64,000 nt of DNA. It comes from Candidatus Woesebacteria bacterium. Its GTDB lineage: Bacteria; Patescibacteriota; Microgenomatia; UBA8517. The DNA is taken from the NCBI GenBank assembly GCA_013426185.1, contig CP058602.1:628549-692548 (forward strand), in the 5' to 3' direction. Both the position numbers and the translations under genes were made by a program. Below, one piece after another: positions 18,300-26,544 of the stretch (its first letter is position 1; every line of letters starts with the position of its first letter). The notes below the pieces were generated by a model. That model worked only from the letters and a program-made list of their open reading frames with translations, made no database searches and was not told the origin of the DNA.

Positions 18300-19327
18300 A
18301 ATTGATTTTTTGAAGACGCGTCAAGGTAAAGTAGTGCTTTAACTTCTTTTGTATCTTTAGTCTTGGCCCATCCAGTTAATATAAAGACTGGTGGTAAAGT
18401 ATTGTTTCTTGAGTTATTTTCTAATAGGTATGCTAGTTCTATTTTTTCTACTCTGATTGATTGTATAAAGTCGTTTTCGATATCTGGTATGTTGATATTA
18501 CCTTCGTCTAGACTTATGAGAACCGACTGATTTATGTTTTCTAGAATTTCTTTGTAATCCTTAATTTTTACTTTACCGATGTTGCTAATACTTACGTCGT
18601 TTATTAGGTTAATTTCCGAGTTTAGAATGTTTCCATCCTTAAGCACTTGAACATAATATAAAAATTGTATGGGGGCGGGGTTAAGGATGATAATGTTGTT
18701 GATTTTTTGAGAAAAATTTACTTGGTATATTTGAAAATTATCTTCTTTTGCTTCGGTAAAGGTTTCTTTCTCTTTTTCTAGTTTTAACAAGGTTGTGCTT
18801 GTGTAATATATTTTGTCTTCAGGGATATTTATTTTTTCTTTTAAAAAGTTTTTGGCAATTGCAACGACATCTTCGTTTTTAAGTTGCTTGTTGGGAGCTG
18901 TTTTTATCTCTTCTTCAGGATTGTGATTAGGTGAATACTTAATTTTTCTGTTTTTAAGGTTTATTGTTAAATCATAATTATCACCGTTCCATATGAGTAT
19001 TTTTCCTTCCTCTATGTCGTCAAATTCTTTGGGGCTTTTCGTAAAACCAAGGCTGGAGGCAATTTTTTGGGCATCATCTTTTGAAAGAGGGTTTTGTTTT
19101 TTTACAAGGTATGGCACTTCTTTTGGAAAGGAAAAATCTTTTTCATTAATATTAAATGTTATAGTAAAGTTTGCTTTTTTGGAATCACTTGGATAACTGA
19201 TTTTAGGAGAAATATATTCTTTTTTTGTTTTTTCTTTGTTTTTTCCATTTAGTATAACAATAGCAAAAACAACAAGAGATATTACTAGTAATGCGAATAT
19301 AATAATTTTTGTTTTTTTTGTTTTCAT
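18296..19327 (-). CDS. Hypothetical exported/membrane-anchored protein (first gene of minus-strand T4SS-like cluster, or its last)
   Basis: N-terminal signal anchor KIIIFALLVISLVVFAIVIL. No recognisable motif. Tightly packed with 19337..22318. Confidence 0.5.
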   Translation of the reverse strand: MKTKKTKIIIFALLVISLVVFAIVILNGKNKEKTKKEYISPKISYPSDSKKANFTITFNINEKDFSFPKEVPYLVKKQNPLSKDDAQKIASSLGFTKSPKEFDDIEEGKILIWNGDNYDLTINLKNRKIKYSPNHNPEEEIKTAPNKQLKNEDVVAIAKNFLKEKINIPEDKIYYTSTTLLKLEKEKETFTEAKEDNFQIYQVNFSQKINNIIILNPAPIQFLYYVQVLKDGNILNSEINLINDVSISNIGKVKIKDYKEILENINQSVLISLDEGNINIPDIENDFIQSIRVEKIELAYLLENNSRNNTLPPVFILTGWAKTKDTKEVKALLYLDASSKNQF

Positions 19328-19336
19328 TTTTGGTCC

Positions 19337-22318
19337 TTAAGGTATATTACCACAGTTATTGCTGCACCCGTAAGGTACGTGCTTGGGTATATATGGAACG
19401 TCCATTTTTATATTTTGTCTAAATTCATAATGCAAATGGGGTCCTGTACCATCAGAACCGCTTAGACCTATTATTTGTCCCTTGATTACTTTTTGCCCTG
19501 TTGATACTGATGATGCTGATAGGTGAGCATATCTTGTGATAATTGTTTTGCCGTTACAGGTTGACTCAACGTCTATATAAAGAGGTCTATAGGCGTTACT
19601 AGTTCTTACAACAGTTGCTGTACCCGAGTGCGTGGATATTATAGAATGACCGGTGGTAGCGGCTATGTCTATTGCCTCAACCAGTAAGTGACTAAATATT
19701 CCGCGTGGCCCTTGTGTTATCCTAAGACTCGTCTCCCCGCCCTCTGGCATTATTGGCCAACCACTAGGACATTCTTCTGGAGGATTACCTATTTTGATGG
19801 ATGCAGATCCGGCGCTTGAGACGCTTTCTCCCTCGGCATTTGTAGCAGAAACAGTTATTGTATCTATAGTAAGCGTGTCCTCAAACTGAGGCGAGGTAAA
19901 AGTTTTTTTATAGGTGAAGGTGTAAGGTGATGCTGAGTCTATTGTGCCTATATTGCTACCATTTGGTATTGCTGGATTTGGGTTTGGACAGCTTGGTATG
20001 TTATTCTTTTTTGTTACGTTACAGGTTTCGCTTATTGATATATTTGTTAGAGAACCTTTTTTTGCCTTTATTGTTATTTCGTATGTTATCTCAAGAGGGA
20101 GTTGGTTGTTTTCAAAAGAAAGTTCACTGCTTTTTCCTTTTTCTGGATATTTTTCTGAATAAGCTAGTTTTGCAACTTCTATATATTCGTTTACAACAGC
20201 TCCTGGCCCTAAAGATGCCATTTTTGTTGAAGGAGGATAAACATAAGCTCCAGAATTGATAATAAAAAGAATTATGGCAACAAGAATTGGTATGCCAATA
20301 AAGACAATAAGCATAGGAATAACAAGAGAAGCTAAAACTATATTAGTCAAAGCAAAAAATAGACCTCCCAGAAAAGCACCTATTGATGCAGCTCTTGAGA
20401 CGCTTATTACACCTACTCCGGCAACAAGGTAAAGAGGAGCACCTGTTAAAGCAAATGCTCCTACAAGAATTCCTGCTAGAATGAAAGTAAGTTTGTCTTG
20501 ATTTTTCTTAAGCCAAACTTTTATGAGACTCGCTAGATCCTTAAGCGATAATAGAGCTGTTACTGCTGATATTACTTGTCCAATAGCGGGGATAACGTTT
20601 GCGGCAAGAGCGGCCCCTAGTTTGGTGGCAGCGGCCTTGGCGGCGATTTTGGTGGCGACCTTCGAGCCTAGTTTTGCAGTCATTCCGCTGATAGCTGTGT
20701 TTAATTTGGCAACAGCGGGAATTTTATTTATGAGCTTGTCGAAGGCAAAGTTGAGTATAGGAGAAGACAAAATGTTTGGTGACGAGAAACTGCCAAAATT
20801 TAAAGAAATTGCAATAGGCAGAGATTGTCCTTGTGTGGAAATACCTATGGTGGCAAGTTGTGTGTCTAGCCAGCCGGTGCTAACAGTTACTACTTGCCCT
20901 TGGGGGGGTGGCAATTTTTTACCGGTGATAAAGCTAAAAGCTCGTGTAGCAGAGGAAACTTTGCCCGCTACTTTTTTAATTTCAGTCTCAAGACGAGCTT
21001 TTTCTGGTTTACTTAGCTGATTGTATGTTTTTTCATCTAAAATAGCATTTTTAATTTGCTTTTCCAAAGTTTGAAAGGAGACAACTTGTTCTAAAAATTC
21101 AGTTAAATTTACATTTATTCCTCCTTCTGGTATTTTCCCTTCCGGCGCAGCTTCAAGTTTTCTTATTTGAGGAGGAATAAAAAAGGGCGACCAGTCTTGG
21201 CCGAATGCTTGATTAACAAAATTAGTGGCAATAGTAGAGTCTTTTTCTAGAGAGTATAGGGCTTCAAGAGATATTCTACTAATTTCCTCTCTTGCTTTTG
21301 CGTCAGGTATTATTTTTGCTAGTTCTTCATTTTTTGGATTAGCAAAGAAAGCTAGTGTTTCAAAAGGCGAAGAATCAATAGTTATTTTTGGGTCTTTAGG
21401 ATCAATGTTTAATAATTTTAGGGTGAAAGTTTTTGCGACGATTTCAGCAGATTCTGTTTCTAAAGGATTTTCAGGATTTAATTTTGATGTTTCTATAATC
21501 CTTTCTTTTAGTTGGTCGGCAAAATTTTGTGGATCTTGGTGAGCTAATTTAACTATTTCCAGTTGTTCTTTGCTTAGTTTTATTGTTGGTTCAGGGAGAG
21601 GAGAGTAGAGATTTGTTTCTAGTGATTTTGTCTCTGTTTTTTTAATTTCAACTTCCTCTCTTTTTAATATTGACCCTACTCTTTTTAGTAGAGTTTTGCT
21701 TGAATTGGTTTTTGCTATTGTTGTTTCTGGTGTTTTTTGGAAAGGTAATATGTTAGGATTAAGAGTTTCTTTCTGAACTGCTGTTGTTTCTTTAGACAGG
21801 ATGCTTTCAGTAGGTTTAATTGAATTTGGCTGTGATGTTGATTGTTCTTGGGTTTTTGCTTGAGGGATTTTGGGTGTAGTTGTTTCTAAAATGTTAGTAG
21901 TATCTGTATCTTCTTTTACAGAAGTTTTTTCCGAAGATTTTGGTTGTTCTTTTCCTTGTGCTTTTGTAGATGAATCTTTAGCCTGGGGTATTACTGGTAG
22001 TGCTTCTTTTTTTTGTCCTGAGGCTTTTTCGTACAATGTAACTAAGTCTTCTATATTGACAGGTACTGTTGAATAGACTTCTTCTCCGCGATCTAAGGCA
22101 ATTTTCCATCCCCTTACAATTTGTATCGCGTCTTGAATACTTTCGGCTTGGGTTGCTTCTAGAAGTTTTTGTTCAAAAGTTTCTTTGTTTTGTCCAGAAT
22201 AAAAAACTGCGGGAGCAACTTTTTGATCTTCTGGATAAAATTGGTCTGGAAAGAAAGCAACACATCCGTTGTACAAGAAATCAACAACTTCTTTGCTTAG
22301 TTCGTATTTTTCTGTCAT
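19337..22318 (-). CDS. Large multidomain protein with central TM block and C-terminal M23 (LytM-type) peptidoglycan endopeptidase domain
   Basis: C-terminal M23 motifs (…LVEAIDIAATTGHSIISTHSG… and GSDGTGPHLHYEF). 3-4 hydrophobic helices near residues 560-660. T/S/P/K-rich linker region. Confidence 0.7.
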   Translation of the reverse strand: MTEKYELSKEVVDFLYNGCVAFFPDQFYPEDQKVAPAVFYSGQNKETFEQKLLEATQAESIQDAIQIVRGWKIALDRGEEVYSTVPVNIEDLVTLYEKASGQKKEALPVIPQAKDSSTKAQGKEQPKSSEKTSVKEDTDTTNILETTTPKIPQAKTQEQSTSQPNSIKPTESILSKETTAVQKETLNPNILPFQKTPETTIAKTNSSKTLLKRVGSILKREEVEIKKTETKSLETNLYSPLPEPTIKLSKEQLEIVKLAHQDPQNFADQLKERIIETSKLNPENPLETESAEIVAKTFTLKLLNIDPKDPKITIDSSPFETLAFFANPKNEELAKIIPDAKAREEISRISLEALYSLEKDSTIATNFVNQAFGQDWSPFFIPPQIRKLEAAPEGKIPEGGINVNLTEFLEQVVSFQTLEKQIKNAILDEKTYNQLSKPEKARLETEIKKVAGKVSSATRAFSFITGKKLPPPQGQVVTVSTGWLDTQLATIGISTQGQSLPIAISLNFGSFSSPNILSSPILNFAFDKLINKIPAVAKLNTAISGMTAKLGSKVATKIAAKAAATKLGAALAANVIPAIGQVISAVTALLSLKDLASLIKVWLKKNQDKLTFILAGILVGAFALTGAPLYLVAGVGVISVSRAASIGAFLGGLFFALTNIVLASLVIPMLIVFIGIPILVAIILFIINSGAYVYPPSTKMASLGPGAVVNEYIEVAKLAYSEKYPEKGKSSELSFENNQLPLEITYEITIKAKKGSLTNISISETCNVTKKNNIPSCPNPNPAIPNGSNIGTIDSASPYTFTYKKTFTSPQFEDTLTIDTITVSATNAEGESVSSAGSASIKIGNPPEECPSGWPIMPEGGETSLRITQGPRGIFSHLLVEAIDIAATTGHSIISTHSGTATVVRTSNAYRPLYIDVESTCNGKTIITRYAHLSASSVSTGQKVIKGQIIGLSGSDGTGPHLHYEFRQNIKMDVPYIPKHVPYGCSNNCGNIP

Positions 22319-22320
22319 CT

Positions 22321-24300
22321 TTATTGAATAATATCAGTTTTAATAGATATTTTTGGTTGCTCTTGTTGTGTCTGATTAAGTGCCACGTCACTTTTATTTG
22401 ATAATTCTATTGGGTTACTGGTTATAAGTTGATGTTCCTCAGGTGAAGCAACTACTCTAATAGGAGCATGGTGCGGGCCGGCGAAGAAGATTCCCTCTCC
22501 AACATTGGCTGAAAGCAAGAGCTGCTTTTCTCCTTGTGAGAGATAAAAAACTTCACCCACGCGGTCTATAGCAGTTGGCGATTGTTTTAATAGGACTCTT
22601 AGGGCGCTGTTTGTTACAATGGCTTTACCAATATCTTGAGAAAGGAAATCTTCTACATCTTGAGTAATAGTTGTTAATCCTAGGAAGTATTTTCTTGCTC
22701 TTTTAACAACGCTCCATAAAAACTGGGCTGAATCTTCATATCTCATCATATGCCAGGCTTCGTCAACAATTAGAATTCTTCTTTTGAGGTTTCTTTGTAC
22801 ACGAGTCCAAATAAAATCAAGAATCATAAACATAGCAATAGGGCGAAGAGCCTCTTGCATATCTTTAACTGAAAAAACTGTAAAGGGATTATTGATGTCT
22901 ATATTTGTTTGTTTGTCGAAAATGCCCACAAAACTTCCTTTGACAAATCTTTCTATTCTTGAAGCAAGATCAAGCGCATCTTGAGTTTCCATACCAATTA
23001 ATGTTTTATAAAGATCTTCCATAAGGGGGGGTTCTTTTTTTTGGGTACTAGGATCTTGGGTTATACCCTTTGCGTGGTATGTTGCCACTATGGCGCGGTC
23101 AAGAAGGGCTTCTTTGATAGGGTCAAGCTTCCCCATAATAACTTTAAAGAATGAATGCAGAGTGAGAATTTTTAAGCCTAGTTGATTTTCTCCCTCTGTG
23201 TAAACTTGAGAGAGATCAAAAGGATTAATCTTTGAGGGAGAGTTGAAAGAAAAGGAAATATATTCTCCTCCTACCGCCTCGCAAAGAGGTTTGTATTCTG
23301 CTTCAGGATCAAGAATGATTACTTCGGTTCCAAGCATTAAACTTCTAACAGACTCTAGTTTTACAAAGTATGATTTTCCTGCTCCAGAAGTTGCAAAAAT
23401 TGTCATATTTGAATTTTCAAGAGAAAATCGGTCAAAGATAATAAATGAGCCGTTTTGTGAATTAATGCCATATAAAACACCTTCATCTGATGAAAGTTCA
23501 GCTGATGTTAAAGGAAAGGTAGTAGCAAGAGAGGTTGAATCCATGTTGCGGGTTATTGCTAGTTTGTTAAAGCCGAAGGGAACTGTGGTTAAAAAGCCAT
23601 TTTCCATATCAAGTGTTGCTTTTTTGGCGATAATCATCAACGAGCCAAGGGTTGACTCTACCTGTTTTGTAATATGATCTAATTCTTCTATGGTCGCAGC
23701 TGGTATGGTTATGTAAAATGCAAACTCAAAAAATCTTTCAGCACCTTTTACTAATTGTTCTTGGAGGGTAAGAGCGTCCTCAAGTTTTGCCTGGGTGTTG
23801 GGATCAATTACCTTACCTCTTTCGATATCGGTTGCAATTTCAGCTTCCATTTCAGTAATTTTTCTTCGCAAATCGTCAAGAACACTTTTCCCTTCGATAG
23901 GATAGATATAGAAGGAAATATCAAGAGAATTATTAAAGTTAATTATGGGTTCAAGCCAACCTGGGCTGACAAAGCGTGGATAACCTGAAACAAAGATAGT
24001 TCGAAAATAAGTGTCGTTGATTTTAATATAATCAAAGTCGGTTTCAATAATTTTGGGAGCGATAGCATCAATCAATTCGACCTTTTTGGTAAAAATATCA
24101 ATACTGGGATTACTTATTTCCGGCTTTTCCTCAGTTGATTTTACCGTTGAATCCAAATTTAAATCTTTTACACTATTTTCTTTATTCTCGACTGGTTGAA
24201 GATTGTTTGGTCCATAAGTAGGCTCTGGCGTTTGATAGAGAACTTCTTGATTATCTTTTTTTGTTTCTTCTTTGTTTTTTTTCTTTAAGATGTTAAACAT
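22321..24300 (-). CDS. VirB4/TrbE/CagE-family type IV secretion ATPase (ATPase body)
   Basis: Walker A FATSGAGKSYFVK. Walker B RILIVDEAWHMM. Conserved TQ motif (LTTITQD). Start taken as the internal MFNILKK methionine rather than the 24366 start that overlaps the upstream ORF. Confidence 0.75.
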   Translation of the reverse strand: MFNILKKKNKEETKKDNQEVLYQTPEPTYGPNNLQPVENKENSVKDLNLDSTVKSTEEKPEISNPSIDIFTKKVELIDAIAPKIIETDFDYIKINDTYFRTIFVSGYPRFVSPGWLEPIINFNNSLDISFYIYPIEGKSVLDDLRRKITEMEAEIATDIERGKVIDPNTQAKLEDALTLQEQLVKGAERFFEFAFYITIPAATIEELDHITKQVESTLGSLMIIAKKATLDMENGFLTTVPFGFNKLAITRNMDSTSLATTFPLTSAELSSDEGVLYGINSQNGSFIIFDRFSLENSNMTIFATSGAGKSYFVKLESVRSLMLGTEVIILDPEAEYKPLCEAVGGEYISFSFNSPSKINPFDLSQVYTEGENQLGLKILTLHSFFKVIMGKLDPIKEALLDRAIVATYHAKGITQDPSTQKKEPPLMEDLYKTLIGMETQDALDLASRIERFVKGSFVGIFDKQTNIDINNPFTVFSVKDMQEALRPIAMFMILDFIWTRVQRNLKRRILIVDEAWHMMRYEDSAQFLWSVVKRARKYFLGLTTITQDVEDFLSQDIGKAIVTNSALRVLLKQSPTAIDRVGEVFYLSQGEKQLLLSANVGEGIFFAGPHHAPIRVVASPEEHQLITSNPIELSNKSDVALNQTQQEQPKISIKTDIIQ

Positions 24301-25003
24301 TTTGATTTTCCTCCTCCTTTTTAGGAACCGGCGGCTTTGAATTAAAAATATTATAGTAGAGATCAATTAATTGGGCTGTAGTTAGCTGTCTTAATGTTAT
24401 ACCCAATCTCCTTGCCTGTCTTATTAAATGATCTCTTTTTGGGTAAAGTGAGATTTTGGCTTTTTTTAAAGCGTAAGATTTTGGGAATGGAAGTTTTTGC
24501 CCTCTTTTTATAATTGTCGAGGCCGATTTGGCTATTCCCATTTCAAGTGGGCTAAAAGGAACAACTATGTAAAAGCTTTTCCCCAATACATTTCTTTTTT
24601 TAATAATTTCATTTACAAAGCTTTTGTAACGACTCATTAAAGAAGCAAGTTTTGGATTTTTAATCTTTTGTTCTGCTGACTCAAGATATTCTATGTATTT
24701 TGAAATATCTTTAATTTGCGAGCGAACAATTATCTGAATTGGGAAAGAAAGCGAGTTTAGAAGCGCAGCATAAGCAAAAATGACTGCTTGTTGTTCTTTT
24801 TCTGAAAGCAAAGAAAAATTAAGAGAAGTTGACTCAAGCACTATTGCAGCTCCGCCATCTTTAAAAAGAACAATATTATCGACAATATCGGCAATGGGTA
24901 GAAAATCTTGAGTAGTAGAAATAATAGGAGTATCGGGCATACTAAGGTAGGGTATTTTTAGAGGTATTTTTTTAATTTTGTCTTTCATATTAGTTAATTG
25001 CAT
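24293..25003 (-). CDS. Protein resembling the N-terminal (CagE_TrbE_VirB-type) domain of VirB4; possible split VirB4
   Basis: Segment …FLPIADIVDNIVLFKDGGAAIVLESTSLNFSLLSEKEQQAVIFAYAALLNSL… resembles the VirB4 N-domain pattern. It lies immediately upstream of, and overlaps, the ATPase ORF in a different frame. Confidence 0.4.
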   Translation of the reverse strand: MQLTNMKDKIKKIPLKIPYLSMPDTPIISTTQDFLPIADIVDNIVLFKDGGAAIVLESTSLNFSLLSEKEQQAVIFAYAALLNSLSFPIQIIVRSQIKDISKYIEYLESAEQKIKNPKLASLMSRYKSFVNEIIKKRNVLGKSFYIVVPFSPLEMGIAKSASTIIKRGQKLPFPKSYALKKAKISLYPKRDHLIRQARRLGITLRQLTTAQLIDLYYNIFNSKPPVPKKEEENQNV

Positions 25004-26042
25004 TTGGTGTTGTTTGCGTTGATTTGGCTCTGATTAATATAGGTGGAATGATTTCTCCTTTTGCTTCAAAAGTGGCAGGTTCAAATTCATAACCTTCTTT
25101 CTCAGTAATAATATCGTATTGTCCGTTGGCAAGCGCGGTGACGATCATAAAGTGGCCGAGTTTATTTGACCTTATAGCACGAACAGGTCGGCCGGCAATA
25201 TCTCTTATTTCAAGTATTGCTCCTTCGATAATTTTTCCATTTTGATCTAACACTTGTCCTGTTATCGTGTTCGGAATGGTTGGTGGAAGTGGAGGTGCTG
25301 CTTCGGCTGAAAACTGAACTTGCTGTGATGCTTTTGGTGGCTCTTTTAGTATAGGAGTAACCTGTTGAAGGGATAAGGAAGGCTGTGCGTTTGGTTGTGT
25401 TTCAGCTATTTTTTCTTCGACAACGATTTTGGGTCTGAACGATTTTGGTTGGGTAGTGGGTGCAACTACTGTCTGAGGTCTAACGGGCGCTTGATTAATA
25501 ACTACTGGAGTGGGAGTAGGAGTAGCAACTTGAGCCTGGTTTGCGGATTGACCTTCTTTGATGACCACATTTCCTTGTCTGAAAAGGCTCAATATTCTTG
25601 AGAGAAAATTTTCCTCACCGCTTTCTAATTTATTAAGAGCTCCCTCGTTTTCAGTTGGCACTTTTTTAAGGTATTCTTCAACTTTTTGTTCAGCTTGTGT
25701 TTGTGGAGCTTGAGCTTGAGCCATCTCTTCGTCTTGAAAGAATTTGTAGCCAGCTTGGTTTTTTTGCCAAAGGTAAATGGTAGGGGAATATACAGAGCGA
25801 AAGAAGGCAATTATCCAACGGCTCAACGGCCTTTCTTCAAAAGGTAAAAATGCAAGAGCTGCTCCAAGCGAAACAGAAAACAAAATTAATGGCCATTTGA
25901 TAAAAGGATGAAGGCCAGTTGAATAGATTAAAAGACCCACTAAAGCTCCACCCCCAAGCTGGAAGAATTGTTTTAAAGTCATATCTCCTACCAATCTGAA
26001 CTGGTAGGAACTTATCTGTTGTGGTATCGGATGAGTCTCCAT
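24990..26042 (-). CDS. VirB3/PrgI-like two-TM membrane protein with Pro/Gln/Thr-rich linker and C-terminal beta-sandwich (carboxypeptidase-regulatory-like) domain
   Basis: Two N-terminal hydrophobic helices (GGGALVGLLIYSTGL…, WPLILFSVSLGAALAFL). Position upstream of VirB4. C-terminal GQVLDQNGKIIEGAILEIRD…GHFMIVTALANGQYDIITEKEGY pattern. Confidence 0.4.
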   Translation of the reverse strand: METHPIPQQISSYQFRLVGDMTLKQFFQLGGGALVGLLIYSTGLHPFIKWPLILFSVSLGAALAFLPFEERPLSRWIIAFFRSVYSPTIYLWQKNQAGYKFFQDEEMAQAQAPQTQAEQKVEEYLKKVPTENEGALNKLESGEENFLSRILSLFRQGNVVIKEGQSANQAQVATPTPTPVVINQAPVRPQTVVAPTTQPKSFRPKIVVEEKIAETQPNAQPSLSLQQVTPILKEPPKASQQVQFSAEAAPPLPPTIPNTITGQVLDQNGKIIEGAILEIRDIAGRPVRAIRSNKLGHFMIVTALANGQYDIITEKEGYEFEPATFEAKGEIIPPILIRAKSTQTTPNAIN

Positions 26043-26084
26043 TTTCAGGTAAAAGGCAAGAGGTAAAAGGTAAAAGTAAAGATT

Positions 26085-26459
26085 TTATATCTTTTCTCTT
26101 GCCCTTTTTCTTGATCCATATAATAATTTTTTGTTCTCAACAATTAGATTTGATACCTCGTTAAAATCATCTTTTCCTATATATTTTAATTCCAGAGATA
26201 TATCAATTAAGACTTCAAGCTCAGTCAAAGAGCCTATTGAGATCGTAAGGAACCTTGAATATTCTTTAGGTTTTTCTTTTATATAACCTTCTACAATATT
26301 GGCAACGACTGATATTGCTGCCCTTCTTATTTGAGGAACAAGGCAGTAAAATTCTTCTTTGGGATAGGAATTTGTGAGGCGGTATATCATTAGAACTAAT
26401 TGTTTTGCTTTTTGATAGGAAATTAATTTCTGATAACTTGTCTTTTGTTGTTTTTCCAT
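26085..26459 (-). CDS. Four-helix-bundle protein (23S rRNA intervening-sequence protein family)
   Basis: Signature YQKAKQLVLMIYRLTNSYPKEEFYCLVPQIRRAAISVVANIVEGY. Flanked on both sides by inverted gtaaaag/ttaaaag-type repeats. Confidence 0.75.
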   Translation of the reverse strand: MEKQQKTSYQKLISYQKAKQLVLMIYRLTNSYPKEEFYCLVPQIRRAAISVVANIVEGYIKEKPKEYSRFLTISIGSLTELEVLIDISLELKYIGKDDFNEVSNLIVENKKLLYGSRKRAREKI

Positions 26460-26544
26460 AGTATTCCTTTTAACTTTTAACTTTTACCTACATATAACTT
26501 TACCCCGTGAAGAGTCTTGTGCAACCCCTCAAAGGTTTTCACAG

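Noticed and set aside
20523-21020. 165-aa plus-strand ORF, and similar antisense ORFs (19927..20259, 21225..21542, 9181..9449, 5341..5804)
   Set aside because: They lie wholly inside long, well-supported genes on the opposite strand and are typical antisense artefacts of AT-rich sequence.
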